DNA from: Candidatus Bathyarchaeia archaeon
GTDB taxonomy: Archaea > Thermoproteota > Bathyarchaeia > Bathyarchaeales > Bathycorpusculaceae
NCBI GenBank assembly: GCA_038883795.1
Contig: JAVZLK010000022.1
Coordinates: 1-25,798 of the forward strand
DNA length: 25,798 nt
Direction: 5' to 3'
Shown: positions 9,001 through 16,500 of the stretch, piece by piece
How the letters are laid out: each line of letters begins with the position of its first letter
How positions within the stretch are numbered: the first letter of the stretch is position 1
Position numbers and translations under genes: made by a program
Notes under the pieces: generated by a model
Seen by the model: the letters and a program-made list of their open reading frames with translations, nothing else
The model's database searches: none
Told to the model about the DNA's origin: nothing

Positions 9001-11032
9001 CGATATTGCAAGACAATATCCTGGACTTGACAGGGCGACGCTTGGAAAAACATATTATTTGCATCGCCACCTGGCCTCGCCAAACGCCTTCCCAGTAACC
9101 CAAATCAGAGTCTATCGGCTATCAGACGGCAGCCCTGTTACAGAAATCTCTCTTAAAACAGCTTTGTTAAGCGGGCTTCTACTTTACTGCCAAGAGCTCT
9201 ATGCTTTTGCCAGCCTATCATCACTAAACAGTTTCAAAACACTTGGAGATCAATGGCATCAAACTTATCAGCAGTCTACGCCAATTGTTTTCATATCAGA
9301 CACGCTTGCTGCCACTGCGCGTCTGCTCACAATAATAGTCCCAATAATAGAGGACATTGAAGATATTTACGGAGAATTAACGAGTGAACAAGTTAAGGGA
9401 AGCGTAGCCCTAATTTTTGACATTTTTTCCGGCTATGATTCGTTAAAGGAGCAGTATGGAGAAGAAAACGCCAACAAAATAGTTTCAATACTTAAAGATT
9501 ATGGCTTGGTAACCTCAGCAAATTATAACGGCATCAAAGTCTTAACGGTGACTAAGGCTGACCCATCCAAACTTGCAGGGGCCGTGAGCAAAATAAGAGA
9601 TGAAGTTTTTGGAGACCCGCTGACATCTGACGCTGGAGATATAATTTCTGAATTTATATCTGAATTGGTTGAAGGAGCGGTCAGCGAATTCTCCGCAAGC
9701 GCTGTCTTAGGGCTTTATGCTTATTTCGGTGTTGAGTTAACTGCCCATACTGCTATAGAGATTGGTGTCTCTGCGGCACTCACAGGCTTTTTGGAGTCGG
9801 TGATTCCCTATGCCCTTGCAGGTGCAATTTATTCCTCTTATATTGCTCCCATGGCTGAGGCAATTCATTCAGCTTGGGTTGATATGGGGCTTGAGGCGCA
9901 AATATATTATAAAATGCAAGAATGGGGAGCCAAGGTGGCGAGTCCTAGAAATGGCATATTAAATCTTGATGACGCGAAAGTTTTTGCTGGCGTTTATGGT
10001 ATACAAGGGCTTGTAGAATACCATTATTATGAGTGTGTTTATTACTATAAAAGTCATCAAGCTTTTGTTTCGCAGTCTGAACTGAATGGCTACAAGAATA
10101 GTGCATTTTTGGCGCTTGACAGGGCTGAAGATTGGGCGGATATTCTTGAGCAGATAGATGGCTATGCTGCAGCGATAGTTAACAGTTTTGACCCTGAAGG
10201 ATTGACCCTCAACTATGTTCTTAGCCCGCCTGTTAACCCGTTGCCAGCCATACCTGAAAACGCATTCTGCATTGCATTAATAGCACGTTCAACTTTCGAC
10301 CTTAATCTAACATGTGGCAGATACGTCTTTACGGTTCAAAATAGAACATGGGACTCGAACTTTCCATGTCCCTTCTACTTTGACGATGCTTATGGCTCGT
10401 CTTTCCTGCTGATTTTCAATCCGCCAAAGGGAGAATACATTGTAAGGGTTCCTGTTCAAACTGAAATTGCACTTGTCACTGTCCAGCTAAGTGAGGGAGA
10501 AGTTCATGTGGAAACAGTGCTCAACGTGACGGCTGACACCCTGCATTTCAACATGCCTTTAGCAACGGTTGAAAGCTGCAATGCTGAAGGCGAAGCCAAA
10601 GACATTTTCTATGTAAGCGAAAATGTGTACATTGTTGGAAGAGGATTTGCTCCCAACACGCGTTACGAAGTGTACATTGTAAAAAAGACCGTTTGGATTG
10701 ACGGAATGCCCATACCTCAACGTGTAAACGGCACCCTAACCTATGTGATTTCAGACGAGAATGGGAATATCGCTGTTTCTCTTGTTTGGGCTAAACTGCT
10801 CACGGTTGGCAAATACGACATAGTTATAGACGTAAATCATAATGGACTATACGACGAAGGGGTTGACGCCCTAGACAGCGGAGGCATAGAAGCCAAAGGA
10901 GGATTCTTTGTAATTCCAGAATACTGGCTTGGAACCATAACAGGGCTAAGCAGCTTCCTATCAGCACTAGCCTCCTATTACCTGCTTAAATTCAGGCTTA
11001 AGCTCCGCAGGAGATTCAAAAAGGCGTATTAA
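6041..11032 (+). CDS. large modular cell-surface protein: signal peptide, NosD-like parallel beta-helix, cohesin-like and dockerin-like modules, Ig-like domains, unknown helical domain, PEF-CTERM-like anchor
   Basis: ATG 6041 follows a purine-rich SD-like run (track start TTG 6014). G(I/V)xLxxSxxNxIxxN repeats ending GGNYWSNY...DGIGDTPY.ID.NN.DRYPL; TFSVDI...NLWAW.L.L.WN..IL cohesin-like start; twin Ca loops GDANGDGVIDTFD and DFNGDMKVDLSD; C-terminal FVIPEY + TM helix + basic tail. Confidence 0.92.
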   Translation: MRRSLLSMAILTLLVLNIFARPLMIPTASSFDEATIYILADGSVVPDTAPIHREGDIYYLTGDVFSHEKYGIMIEKSHMILDGDGHKVFGNWTGTGIQLNHVENVTVKNVQVAQFSVGVMFENSMLSGIINSRIGPNGAFGILIDDSSNSNFVNQNEMVENSKTGVFLSGSGYSKIQYNHITGGWFGIQLHFSNGNDVYRNSITGSEIDGLHMLLSFNNNITENSFTNNFVGLTLNYSAANTVAGNYFYDNYRGISLHTSSYNLIYHNKFENSVNVYDYSWNNPSIDPSINIWDDGYPSGGNYWSNYSGMDLYHGSYQNMTGSDGIGDTPYVIDPNNVDRYPLFTMPWTHFWPMYVNAQVGTTFSVDIYASNVFNLWAWKLYLLWNNEILEYVNCTFGNFSNLVNNNVIHFSDSIDSSCIVFMESALSASANPVSASNLRLITVNFKILKAGSSYLLLMYPELRGQDQNSEAAYPGCGDANGDGVIDTFDVWITWSYVKNERYASIVDFNGDMKVDLSDMAIVTSNYGKYYGGPGWGLTKTIYEIPTLGQLSWCNVTGTPPVSEKYDLSVTVVNSFNGAVGGALVTAGNVSGYTDSFGKVMLSLPPGTYDVHATHPSYKPTVWTVDLDRPKSITLTLELPYDFEELPDENIIVEPVDGGYNITLFNILASSAVNVFFDWDYVGTIQANEWMSFNYSQMPTLVIIATWNASADYPKAWFKYLLPVELKPTTGEEGALPKEDVPYVAASIFVNPYPPIYGQNTTIGVVLQNPYDHSLHISRIDFQISGLTIAGEFKSVGYLSNITLQPHEENIFTIVWLANVSGHHCVKVVLTYSPYIQTAQRNIDIENDMNSGDIGEMTFNITNPYESARLITIILEEHIPPGWNVDLEINGRRLVTSPFEIVVPGGGDLQAMLKIISSSNEPGAAVVDIKAYIGEKLIGGIRKIMVSKPVSETSEVLSFIISQGNSLYNIQLWVPKSSYDQALESINDIARQYPGLDRATLGKTYYLHRHLASPNAFPVTQIRVYRLSDGSPVTEISLKTALLSGLLLYCQELYAFASLSSLNSFKTLGDQWHQTYQQSTPIVFISDTLAATARLLTIIVPIIEDIEDIYGELTSEQVKGSVALIFDIFSGYDSLKEQYGEENANKIVSILKDYGLVTSANYNGIKVLTVTKADPSKLAGAVSKIRDEVFGDPLTSDAGDIISEFISELVEGAVSEFSASAVLGLYAYFGVELTAHTAIEIGVSAALTGFLESVIPYALAGAIYSSYIAPMAEAIHSAWVDMGLEAQIYYKMQEWGAKVASPRNGILNLDDAKVFAGVYGIQGLVEYHYYECVYYYKSHQAFVSQSELNGYKNSAFLALDRAEDWADILEQIDGYAAAIVNSFDPEGLTLNYVLSPPVNPLPAIPENAFCIALIARSTFDLNLTCGRYVFTVQNRTWDSNFPCPFYFDDAYGSSFLLIFNPPKGEYIVRVPVQTEIALVTVQLSEGEVHVETVLNVTADTLHFNMPLATVESCNAEGEAKDIFYVSENVYIVGRGFAPNTRYEVYIVKKTVWIDGMPIPQRVNGTLTYVISDENGNIAVSLVWAKLLTVGKYDIVIDVNHNGLYDEGVDALDSGGIEAKGGFFVIPEYWLGTITGLSSFLSALASYYLLKFRLKLRRRFKKAY

Positions 11033-11059
11033 AAACACGCTTTTTCTATTTTGTGTTTT
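11032..11059 (+). terminator. T-rich terminator-like stretch with a weak inverted repeat
   Basis: AAAACACG...TGTGTTTT flanking CTTTTTCTATTT immediately after the stop codon. Confidence 0.4.
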
Positions 11060-11125
11060 GAAAAGGGCTTTAAAGAATATATGAGGATATGCTCTACGCT
11101 ATAATTGAGGCGTTATCTAGGAGGT

Positions 11126-11569
11126 ATGGAAAATTAAGCACACAGTTGTTTTAGCCTCCGGGTTTTTTGATCCTCCTCATAGGGGTCATGTTGCCTACCT
11201 ACAGGAGGCGAAAATGCTTGGAGACTGGCTTGTGGTCAGCATCCACAGGGATGAATGTTGCGTAAAGAAGAAGGGATACTGCTTCATGCCTCTTGAAGAC
11301 AGATTGGCTGTCATAGAAGCGATAAGATATGTTGACGAAGTTGTCATCTGCAGTTCGCCATGCGACTTAACAACTTGCGATGCCTTGCGAAAGGTTAAAC
11401 CCAACATTTTTGCAAAAGGAGGCGACAGAACTCGGAGAACATGCCAACATCCGAGGTTGAGCTCTGCAAAAGGCTTGGAATAAAAATTGTTTATGGGGTT
11501 GGCGGCGGGAAAGTGCAGTCAAGCTCATGGCTTGTGGAAAACTGCAAGAAGTCACTAAATAAGCCTTAA
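11126..11569 (+). pseudogene. HxGH cytidylyl/adenylyltransferase (TagD/RfaE-domain-II/RibL-like) with two frame breaks
   Basis: GGAGGT SD, ATG 11126, MEN then stop. The +1 frame gives KHTVVLASGFFDPPHRGHVAYLQEAKMLGDWLVV...RYVDEVV...KPNIFAKGGDRT. A second break (~11433, one base short) leads to ENMPTSEVELCKRLGIKIVYGVGGGKVQSSSWLV...TAA 11567-11569. Confidence 0.88.
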
Positions 11570-11596
11570 AACCATGTATATTGTAAGTCGTGTGTC

Positions 11597-11634
11597 AACT
11601 GTCTGTCTTTCGCTGTACAACGGGACAGACAGTT
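11597..11634. repeat. 11-bp perfect inverted repeat, near-palindrome centred on TGTACA
   Basis: AACTGTCTGTC (11597-11607) and GACAGACAGTT (11624-11634) enclose TTTCGCTGTACAACGG. Confidence 0.85.
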
Positions 11635-11707
11635 TCTGTTTCGTCGTTATCAGCGTTTTCAGCGTGAAAGATTCTGTTTTTAATGGTTTGACAGTTGGCG
11701 GTGGCGT

Positions 11708-13006
11708 TTGTTTCCGAGGATGCTTTATTATTTGTTAAGGCTTAGGCGGAACCTTCGTTTGAAGCCTTCTATGTTGAGGGATTTGCAGTTAAAGAAGTTT
11801 AGAGCTTTGGTTAAGTATGCCTATGATAATGTTGCCTTCTATCATAGAAAGTTTCGGGATGCCGGTTTTAGACCTAGCGATTTTAATGGATTTGACTGTT
11901 TGAGGAAGATTCCAACCGTGACGAAGTTTGAGTTGCAGGCTTGTAGTTCGCGGGATTTGGTTGCTGGAAATTTTAATTTAAGCTCTTTAGTTAAGAGAAC
12001 TACTAGTGGTTCTACGGGTGTTCCTTTAACGGTCTACGTTGATTGGCGGATTGAAGACTTTTACTCGGCTGTTTGGCTAAGGAGCGTGTTGGAATGTGGA
12101 CTGCGTGTCAGGGATAAAATGGCTATTATCGCCGATCCGAGAACTTTTCCTAAAGGTAAAAGTTTTCCTCGACATTTAGGTGTTGCTGAAAGGCGGTATA
12201 TTTCAATTTTTGAGTCGGCTGAGGGGCAGAGGGCTTCGCTTCAAGAGTTTAAGCCTGATGCTGTTAAGGGTTATGCTTCAAGCCTCTACATTCTGGCTGA
12301 AAGGTATGGCGAGGATTTAAGGCAGATTGGCGCACGCCTGGTTTTTAGCGGAGCTGAAACTTTAAACAAGGCTCAAAGGCAGGTGGTTAGCTCAGCCTTT
12401 GGCGCTGATCTTTTCGACTTTTACGCTTGCACCGAGCTTGGCTGGCTGGCTTGGGAGTGTACGGCTCATGAGGGCTACCATATCAACGCCGACAGCGTCC
12501 TATTAGAGTTTTTAGACGAGGATGGTGAGGCTGTGGCACCAGGCGAAAAGGGAAGGGTTGTGGGAACAAGCCTAATCAACGATGTTATGCCCCTTATAAG
12601 GTACGAGGTGGAGGACGTAGCAGTCCCCGCTGATGATGTATGCTACTGCGGCGTGACTTTACCCTTGATTAAGTCGGTTGAGGGTAGAGCCGACGACATG
12701 CTCGTAGCGGCTGACGGAAGGCCGATTTCACCAACAGTCTTCTTCCCATACCCATTTGACGATGTTGATTGGATAAGGCAGTTCAGGGTAATCCAAGAAA
12801 GCCGCAAAAGGCTTGTTATTCAAGTTGAGGCGAAAAAAGCTGTTAACAACAAAAGCGAAATAATTGAGGCAGCGGAACAAAAAATCCGCTCGCTTTTCGG
12901 AGAAGAAGTCGAAGTAGCCTTCGAGTTTGTCGACAAAATTCCACTAGACAAGTCTGGAAAACTTAGAAAAGTCATTTCGTATATAGGCAAGCGGAGAAGA
13001 AGCTGA
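11708..13006 (+). CDS. phenylacetate-CoA ligase/CapK-like adenylate-forming enzyme
   Basis: ANL motifs TTSGSTGVP, FYACTELG, PLIRYEVED, VEGRADD, IPLDKSGKLR; N-terminal YAYDNVAFYHRKF. Confidence 0.92.
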   Translation: MFPRMLYYLLRLRRNLRLKPSMLRDLQLKKFRALVKYAYDNVAFYHRKFRDAGFRPSDFNGFDCLRKIPTVTKFELQACSSRDLVAGNFNLSSLVKRTTSGSTGVPLTVYVDWRIEDFYSAVWLRSVLECGLRVRDKMAIIADPRTFPKGKSFPRHLGVAERRYISIFESAEGQRASLQEFKPDAVKGYASSLYILAERYGEDLRQIGARLVFSGAETLNKAQRQVVSSAFGADLFDFYACTELGWLAWECTAHEGYHINADSVLLEFLDEDGEAVAPGEKGRVVGTSLINDVMPLIRYEVEDVAVPADDVCYCGVTLPLIKSVEGRADDMLVAADGRPISPTVFFPYPFDDVDWIRQFRVIQESRKRLVIQVEAKKAVNNKSEIIEAAEQKIRSLFGEEVEVAFEFVDKIPLDKSGKLRKVISYIGKRRRS

Positions 13007-13029
13007 ATGAAAAAGTTCTGTGCTTTTGT

Positions 13030-13062
13030 GTTGTTGTAGCCGTTTTCTGCAAAAACAACAAC
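13030..13062. repeat. 8-bp inverted repeat followed by a long T-rich tract; possible terminator
   Basis: GTTGTTGT (13030-13037) pairs with ACAACAAC (13055-13062); oligo-T runs follow to about 13120. Confidence 0.4.
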
Positions 13063-13137
13063 GTTCAAACTAGATTATTTTTCCGATTTTCTTTTTCAAG
13101 CTTATTTTTGCCTTCTTTTTAACTGGGCTGGAATGTA

Positions 13138-14064
13138 ATGGTTTTGCACAAAGTCTCCGTGATTATTTCGGTTTATTCTAAGGATAGGTTAGAATATCTT
13201 TTGGATTGTTTAGATTCTCTTAGGAGGCAATCGTTTAAGCCCTTTGAAGTTATAGTGGTTTTGGACCCGCTGCGAGATATTGTGGATTTTTACAAATCTA
13301 GGTTAGATAACGATGTTAAGATTATTGTTAGTAACGGTTTTGGTTTATCTAATGCAAGGAATGCTGGTGTAAAAAATGCGGAGGGTGATGTTGTAGCTTT
13401 TATTGACGATGATGCTGTGGCGGACCGGGACTGGCTTAAAAACCTTATGAAGAACTATTGGAGCCCATACGTGGCAGGGGTTGGAGGATCTATTCGCCCA
13501 TTATGGGAGAATGGACGCCCTATATGGTTTCCTGAAGAATTAGATTGGGTTGTAGGATGCTCGTATAAAGGATTGCCTGAGGGCAAAGCGTTTGTGAGGA
13601 ACATAATTGGCTGTAACATGTCATTTCAACGTTGGATTTTTGAAAAGTTTGGCTATTTTAGGGTTGATGTTGGACGGTTTGGTAAGCTGCTTTTAGGAAG
13701 CGAGGAAACCGAGCTTTGTATTAGGGTTCAAAGCGAGAATCCAATGCTAAAGTTTGTTTACGATCCTTCAGCCGTTGTTTACCACAGAGTTATTCATGAA
13801 AGAGCAAGTTTCAAGCACCTTCTTAGAAGGTCTTGGGGCGAAGGTCTTTCAAAAGCTTTGATTACCAATTCAAGGTGGAATCCAAGCACGACTTTATCTA
13901 CTGAGAGTTGGTACTTAAAGTACATGGCTAGAGTTGCTATCCCCTCAAGGCTTAAAAGGATACACAAGATAGAAAATATTTTGCATATGTATTCAATGCT
14001 AATTTCCTCTTTCACTGTGGGGGTCGGTTTTCTCGTTGGCAAAATAGTGAGGCTTTTAAGATAA
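13138..14064 (+). CDS. GT2 glycosyltransferase (AglG-like)
   Basis: VSVIISVY, GLSNARNAG, VAFIDDDAVAD.DWL, PIWFPEELDWVVGC, IGCNMSF, GSEETEL, VYDPSAVVYH; hydrophobic C-terminus. Confidence 0.92.
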   Translation: MVLHKVSVIISVYSKDRLEYLLDCLDSLRRQSFKPFEVIVVLDPLRDIVDFYKSRLDNDVKIIVSNGFGLSNARNAGVKNAEGDVVAFIDDDAVADRDWLKNLMKNYWSPYVAGVGGSIRPLWENGRPIWFPEELDWVVGCSYKGLPEGKAFVRNIIGCNMSFQRWIFEKFGYFRVDVGRFGKLLLGSEETELCIRVQSENPMLKFVYDPSAVVYHRVIHERASFKHLLRRSWGEGLSKALITNSRWNPSTTLSTESWYLKYMARVAIPSRLKRIHKIENILHMYSMLISSFTVGVGFLVGKIVRLLR

Positions 14065-14112
14065 TGGAATAATGTTTAAAATATTTTCCCTCATCTGCAA
14101 TAGCCTAGGTGT

Positions 14113-15168
14113 TTGTTTATGCTAAAAATTGGCATTGTTGGCGGCGGCCACATCGTTAGGCATAGGCATATTCCAATTTTTAAGAAGATTAACGGCGTTG
14201 AGGTTTTTGCTGTATGCGATAAAGTTGAAAGTGTTGCAAGGTCTGTTGCTAAAGAATTTGGTGTTAAACACTATTTTACAAGGCTTTCTGACATGTTGCA
14301 GGCTGACGTAGACGTGGTTGATGTTTGTACTCCGCCTATGACGCATTACCCTTTGATCGTTGAGGCTTTGGAGGCTGGTTGCCATGTTCTGGCTGAGAAA
14401 CCCCTTGGAATGACTATTAAAGAAGTGGACGAAATGTATAGAATTGCGGAACGTAATAATGTTAAGCTTTGTGTTGTTCATCAGAACTTGTTTAATCCGG
14501 CTTTTCAAAGGGCTTTTCGCATGGTTAAGGAAGGGGTTGTTGGAGATGTTTTAGGCGTTGATGTGGGCACTTATATCCGTAGAGATAATTATATGTGCGT
14601 TAACAAGGACCATTGGTGTCACAAGCTACCCGGCGGAATTTTCTTTGAAATTTTGCCGCATCCAGTTTATCTCTTGCAAACTTTTCTGAAAAATGTTGAG
14701 CCTGTAGGAGTTTTAGCTGAACATTTGGGTAGTTATTCTTGGATGAAAGTTGATGAACTCAAGGTTCTGGTTAAGGGTGCTAATGGTGTTGGTTCCATCG
14801 TTGCTTCTTGTAATTCTCCCTTTCATGGAGATTCGCTTTACGTTTTTGGTAGCAAAATGTGTTTGCAAGTTGATCTTTGGGGGAGATACGTTATCAAGTA
14901 CAGACAGCGAACCGAAGAGCCTCTTTCTGTTGGTAAGCATAATTTAAGTTTGTCATCACAGTTTTTTTCTTTAATTGGCGCTACAATTTCTAACTCTTTT
15001 ACTGTGATCTTTAGCGGCGAAAAGGTTAGTGCGCATTATGGTTTTTTGAAGGCTTTTGTTGAGGCCCTTGAGAATAATGGTGAAATGCCTGTGAGCGAGG
15101 AGGAGGCTAAAGAAAATGTTAGGGTTGTTGAGGCCATTTGCCAACGGGTTGATGAGATTGCCTCTTAA
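14113..15168 (+). CDS. Gfo/Idh/MocA family oxidoreductase
   Basis: KIGIVGGG Rossmann motif, DVVDVCTPP.TH, HVLAEKP, GGIFFEILPHP; ATG 14119 is an alternative start. Confidence 0.93.
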   Translation: MFMLKIGIVGGGHIVRHRHIPIFKKINGVEVFAVCDKVESVARSVAKEFGVKHYFTRLSDMLQADVDVVDVCTPPMTHYPLIVEALEAGCHVLAEKPLGMTIKEVDEMYRIAERNNVKLCVVHQNLFNPAFQRAFRMVKEGVVGDVLGVDVGTYIRRDNYMCVNKDHWCHKLPGGIFFEILPHPVYLLQTFLKNVEPVGVLAEHLGSYSWMKVDELKVLVKGANGVGSIVASCNSPFHGDSLYVFGSKMCLQVDLWGRYVIKYRQRTEEPLSVGKHNLSLSSQFFSLIGATISNSFTVIFSGEKVSAHYGFLKAFVEALENNGEMPVSEEEAKENVRVVEAICQRVDEIAS

Positions 15169-16482
15169 ATGGGTGGTTCCATGGTAAATTTCGCAAGGCT
15201 TTTGTATTATTTAGGCTGTGGGCTGAGGCGCCTTTATTGGGATGAACAGAAGCTTCGTAGATATCAAGAGAAGAGGCTTAGGGCTGTTGTTCGTTACGCG
15301 TATGAGCATGTTCCCTTTTATCACCAGAAGTTTAGGAAAGCTGGGGTTAAACCTGACGACATTAAATGTTTAGAAGACTTGCCCAAATTGCCTTTAGTTA
15401 AGAAAAGTGAGCTTCGGCAGGTTCCGCCTAGACAACGTGTTTCGTTGGAATTTGATGTAGATAAGTTAAAAGTTATCAGGACAAGCGGTTCGACTGGCGA
15501 GCCTTTCACAACTTATATTTGTGGAAAGGAAGACGATTGGCGTAAAGCCATCTATATGCGGGCTAACATTAGCTGCGGTCAAAAGCCCCGTGATAGGTGG
15601 GTTGTCATAACTGCACCACACCATTTTCATGACACAACAGATATTCAGCGTAAGCTTGGCATTTATGCACAGACTTGCGTGTCAGTGTTTATGCCTGTTC
15701 ACGAACAAATTGAAGTTGTTAACAAACTTAAGCCAGATATTTTAGATGGTTATTCAGGCAGCTTATTTTTGTTGGCTAAGATGCTTGACGAAAAAGGTTT
15801 ATCAAATGTTCGTCCCAGGATAGTTTTTGGATCAGCTGATCTCATTGATATGGCCTCACGTAGTTTTATGGAAAGGGTTTATGGCGCTCCATATTTAGAC
15901 CAGTATGGATGCGCCGAAATTGATAGAAGTGCCTGGCAATGTCCGGAAAAAGTTGGTTACCATATGGATGTTGATAGCGTAATTACGGAATTTGTCGACG
16001 AAGATGGCAAAAATGTTGCTGTTGGCGAGAAAGGCGAGATTGTCTTTACAAGCCTATTTAATTATGCAATGCCATTAATTCGTTACGCCGTGGGCGATAT
16101 TGGTGTTCCTTCAAGTGATGAATGCCCCTGCGGCAGAAACCTTCCTCTTATGGAGGTTGTAGAAGGTCGGCGGGATTCTTTCCTGGTTTTGCCCAATGGG
16201 CGTCTGCTTTCTCCAATGGCTATTCGAAATGCTTTGGCGAATTTTTTTGAATACATACTTCAGTATAGGGTTATCCAAAAAAGGACTGGCTTAATTGAGA
16301 TTTACGTTAAGCTCAGAGATGCGCCGATTGACAAGGATAGGCTTTTAAGCGATATAGTTGCTTACTTTAGCAGAACAATTCATTTAGAAGATGACATAGA
16401 AGTAAACGTAAAGTTTGTGGATGATATACCACTAAGTAAAACAGGAAAGTTAATGGCAGTCATTTCAGAAGCGAGTAAATAA
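15169..16482 (+). CDS. second phenylacetate-CoA ligase/CapK-like adenylate-forming enzyme
   Basis: RTSGSTGEP, QYGCAE, PLIRYAVGD, VEGRRDS, IPLSKTGKL; ATG 15181 after GGTGG is the likelier start. Confidence 0.92.
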   Translation: MGGSMVNFARLLYYLGCGLRRLYWDEQKLRRYQEKRLRAVVRYAYEHVPFYHQKFRKAGVKPDDIKCLEDLPKLPLVKKSELRQVPPRQRVSLEFDVDKLKVIRTSGSTGEPFTTYICGKEDDWRKAIYMRANISCGQKPRDRWVVITAPHHFHDTTDIQRKLGIYAQTCVSVFMPVHEQIEVVNKLKPDILDGYSGSLFLLAKMLDEKGLSNVRPRIVFGSADLIDMASRSFMERVYGAPYLDQYGCAEIDRSAWQCPEKVGYHMDVDSVITEFVDEDGKNVAVGEKGEIVFTSLFNYAMPLIRYAVGDIGVPSSDECPCGRNLPLMEVVEGRRDSFLVLPNGRLLSPMAIRNALANFFEYILQYRVIQKRTGLIEIYVKLRDAPIDKDRLLSDIVAYFSRTIHLEDDIEVNVKFVDDIPLSKTGKLMAVISEASK

Positions 16483-16500
16483 TTTCGTATTGTTGGTGGT

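Noticed and set aside
11195-11555. Minus-strand ORFs 11195-11407 and 11367-11555, and the track's 11214-11483 ORF as a complete gene
   Set aside because: The minus ORFs are shadows; 11214-11483 is the middle piece of the frameshifted nucleotidyltransferase.
11574-11738. 54-codon ORF with five Cys (MYIVSRVSTVC...GCFIIC) spanning the structured intergenic region, considered as a leader peptide or RiPP precursor
   Set aside because: No SD, overlaps the next gene, and its composition is what G/T-rich non-coding DNA yields.
13007-13039. Tiny ORF MKKFCAFVLL directly after the ligase stop
   Set aside because: Too short to support; lies in a terminator-like region.
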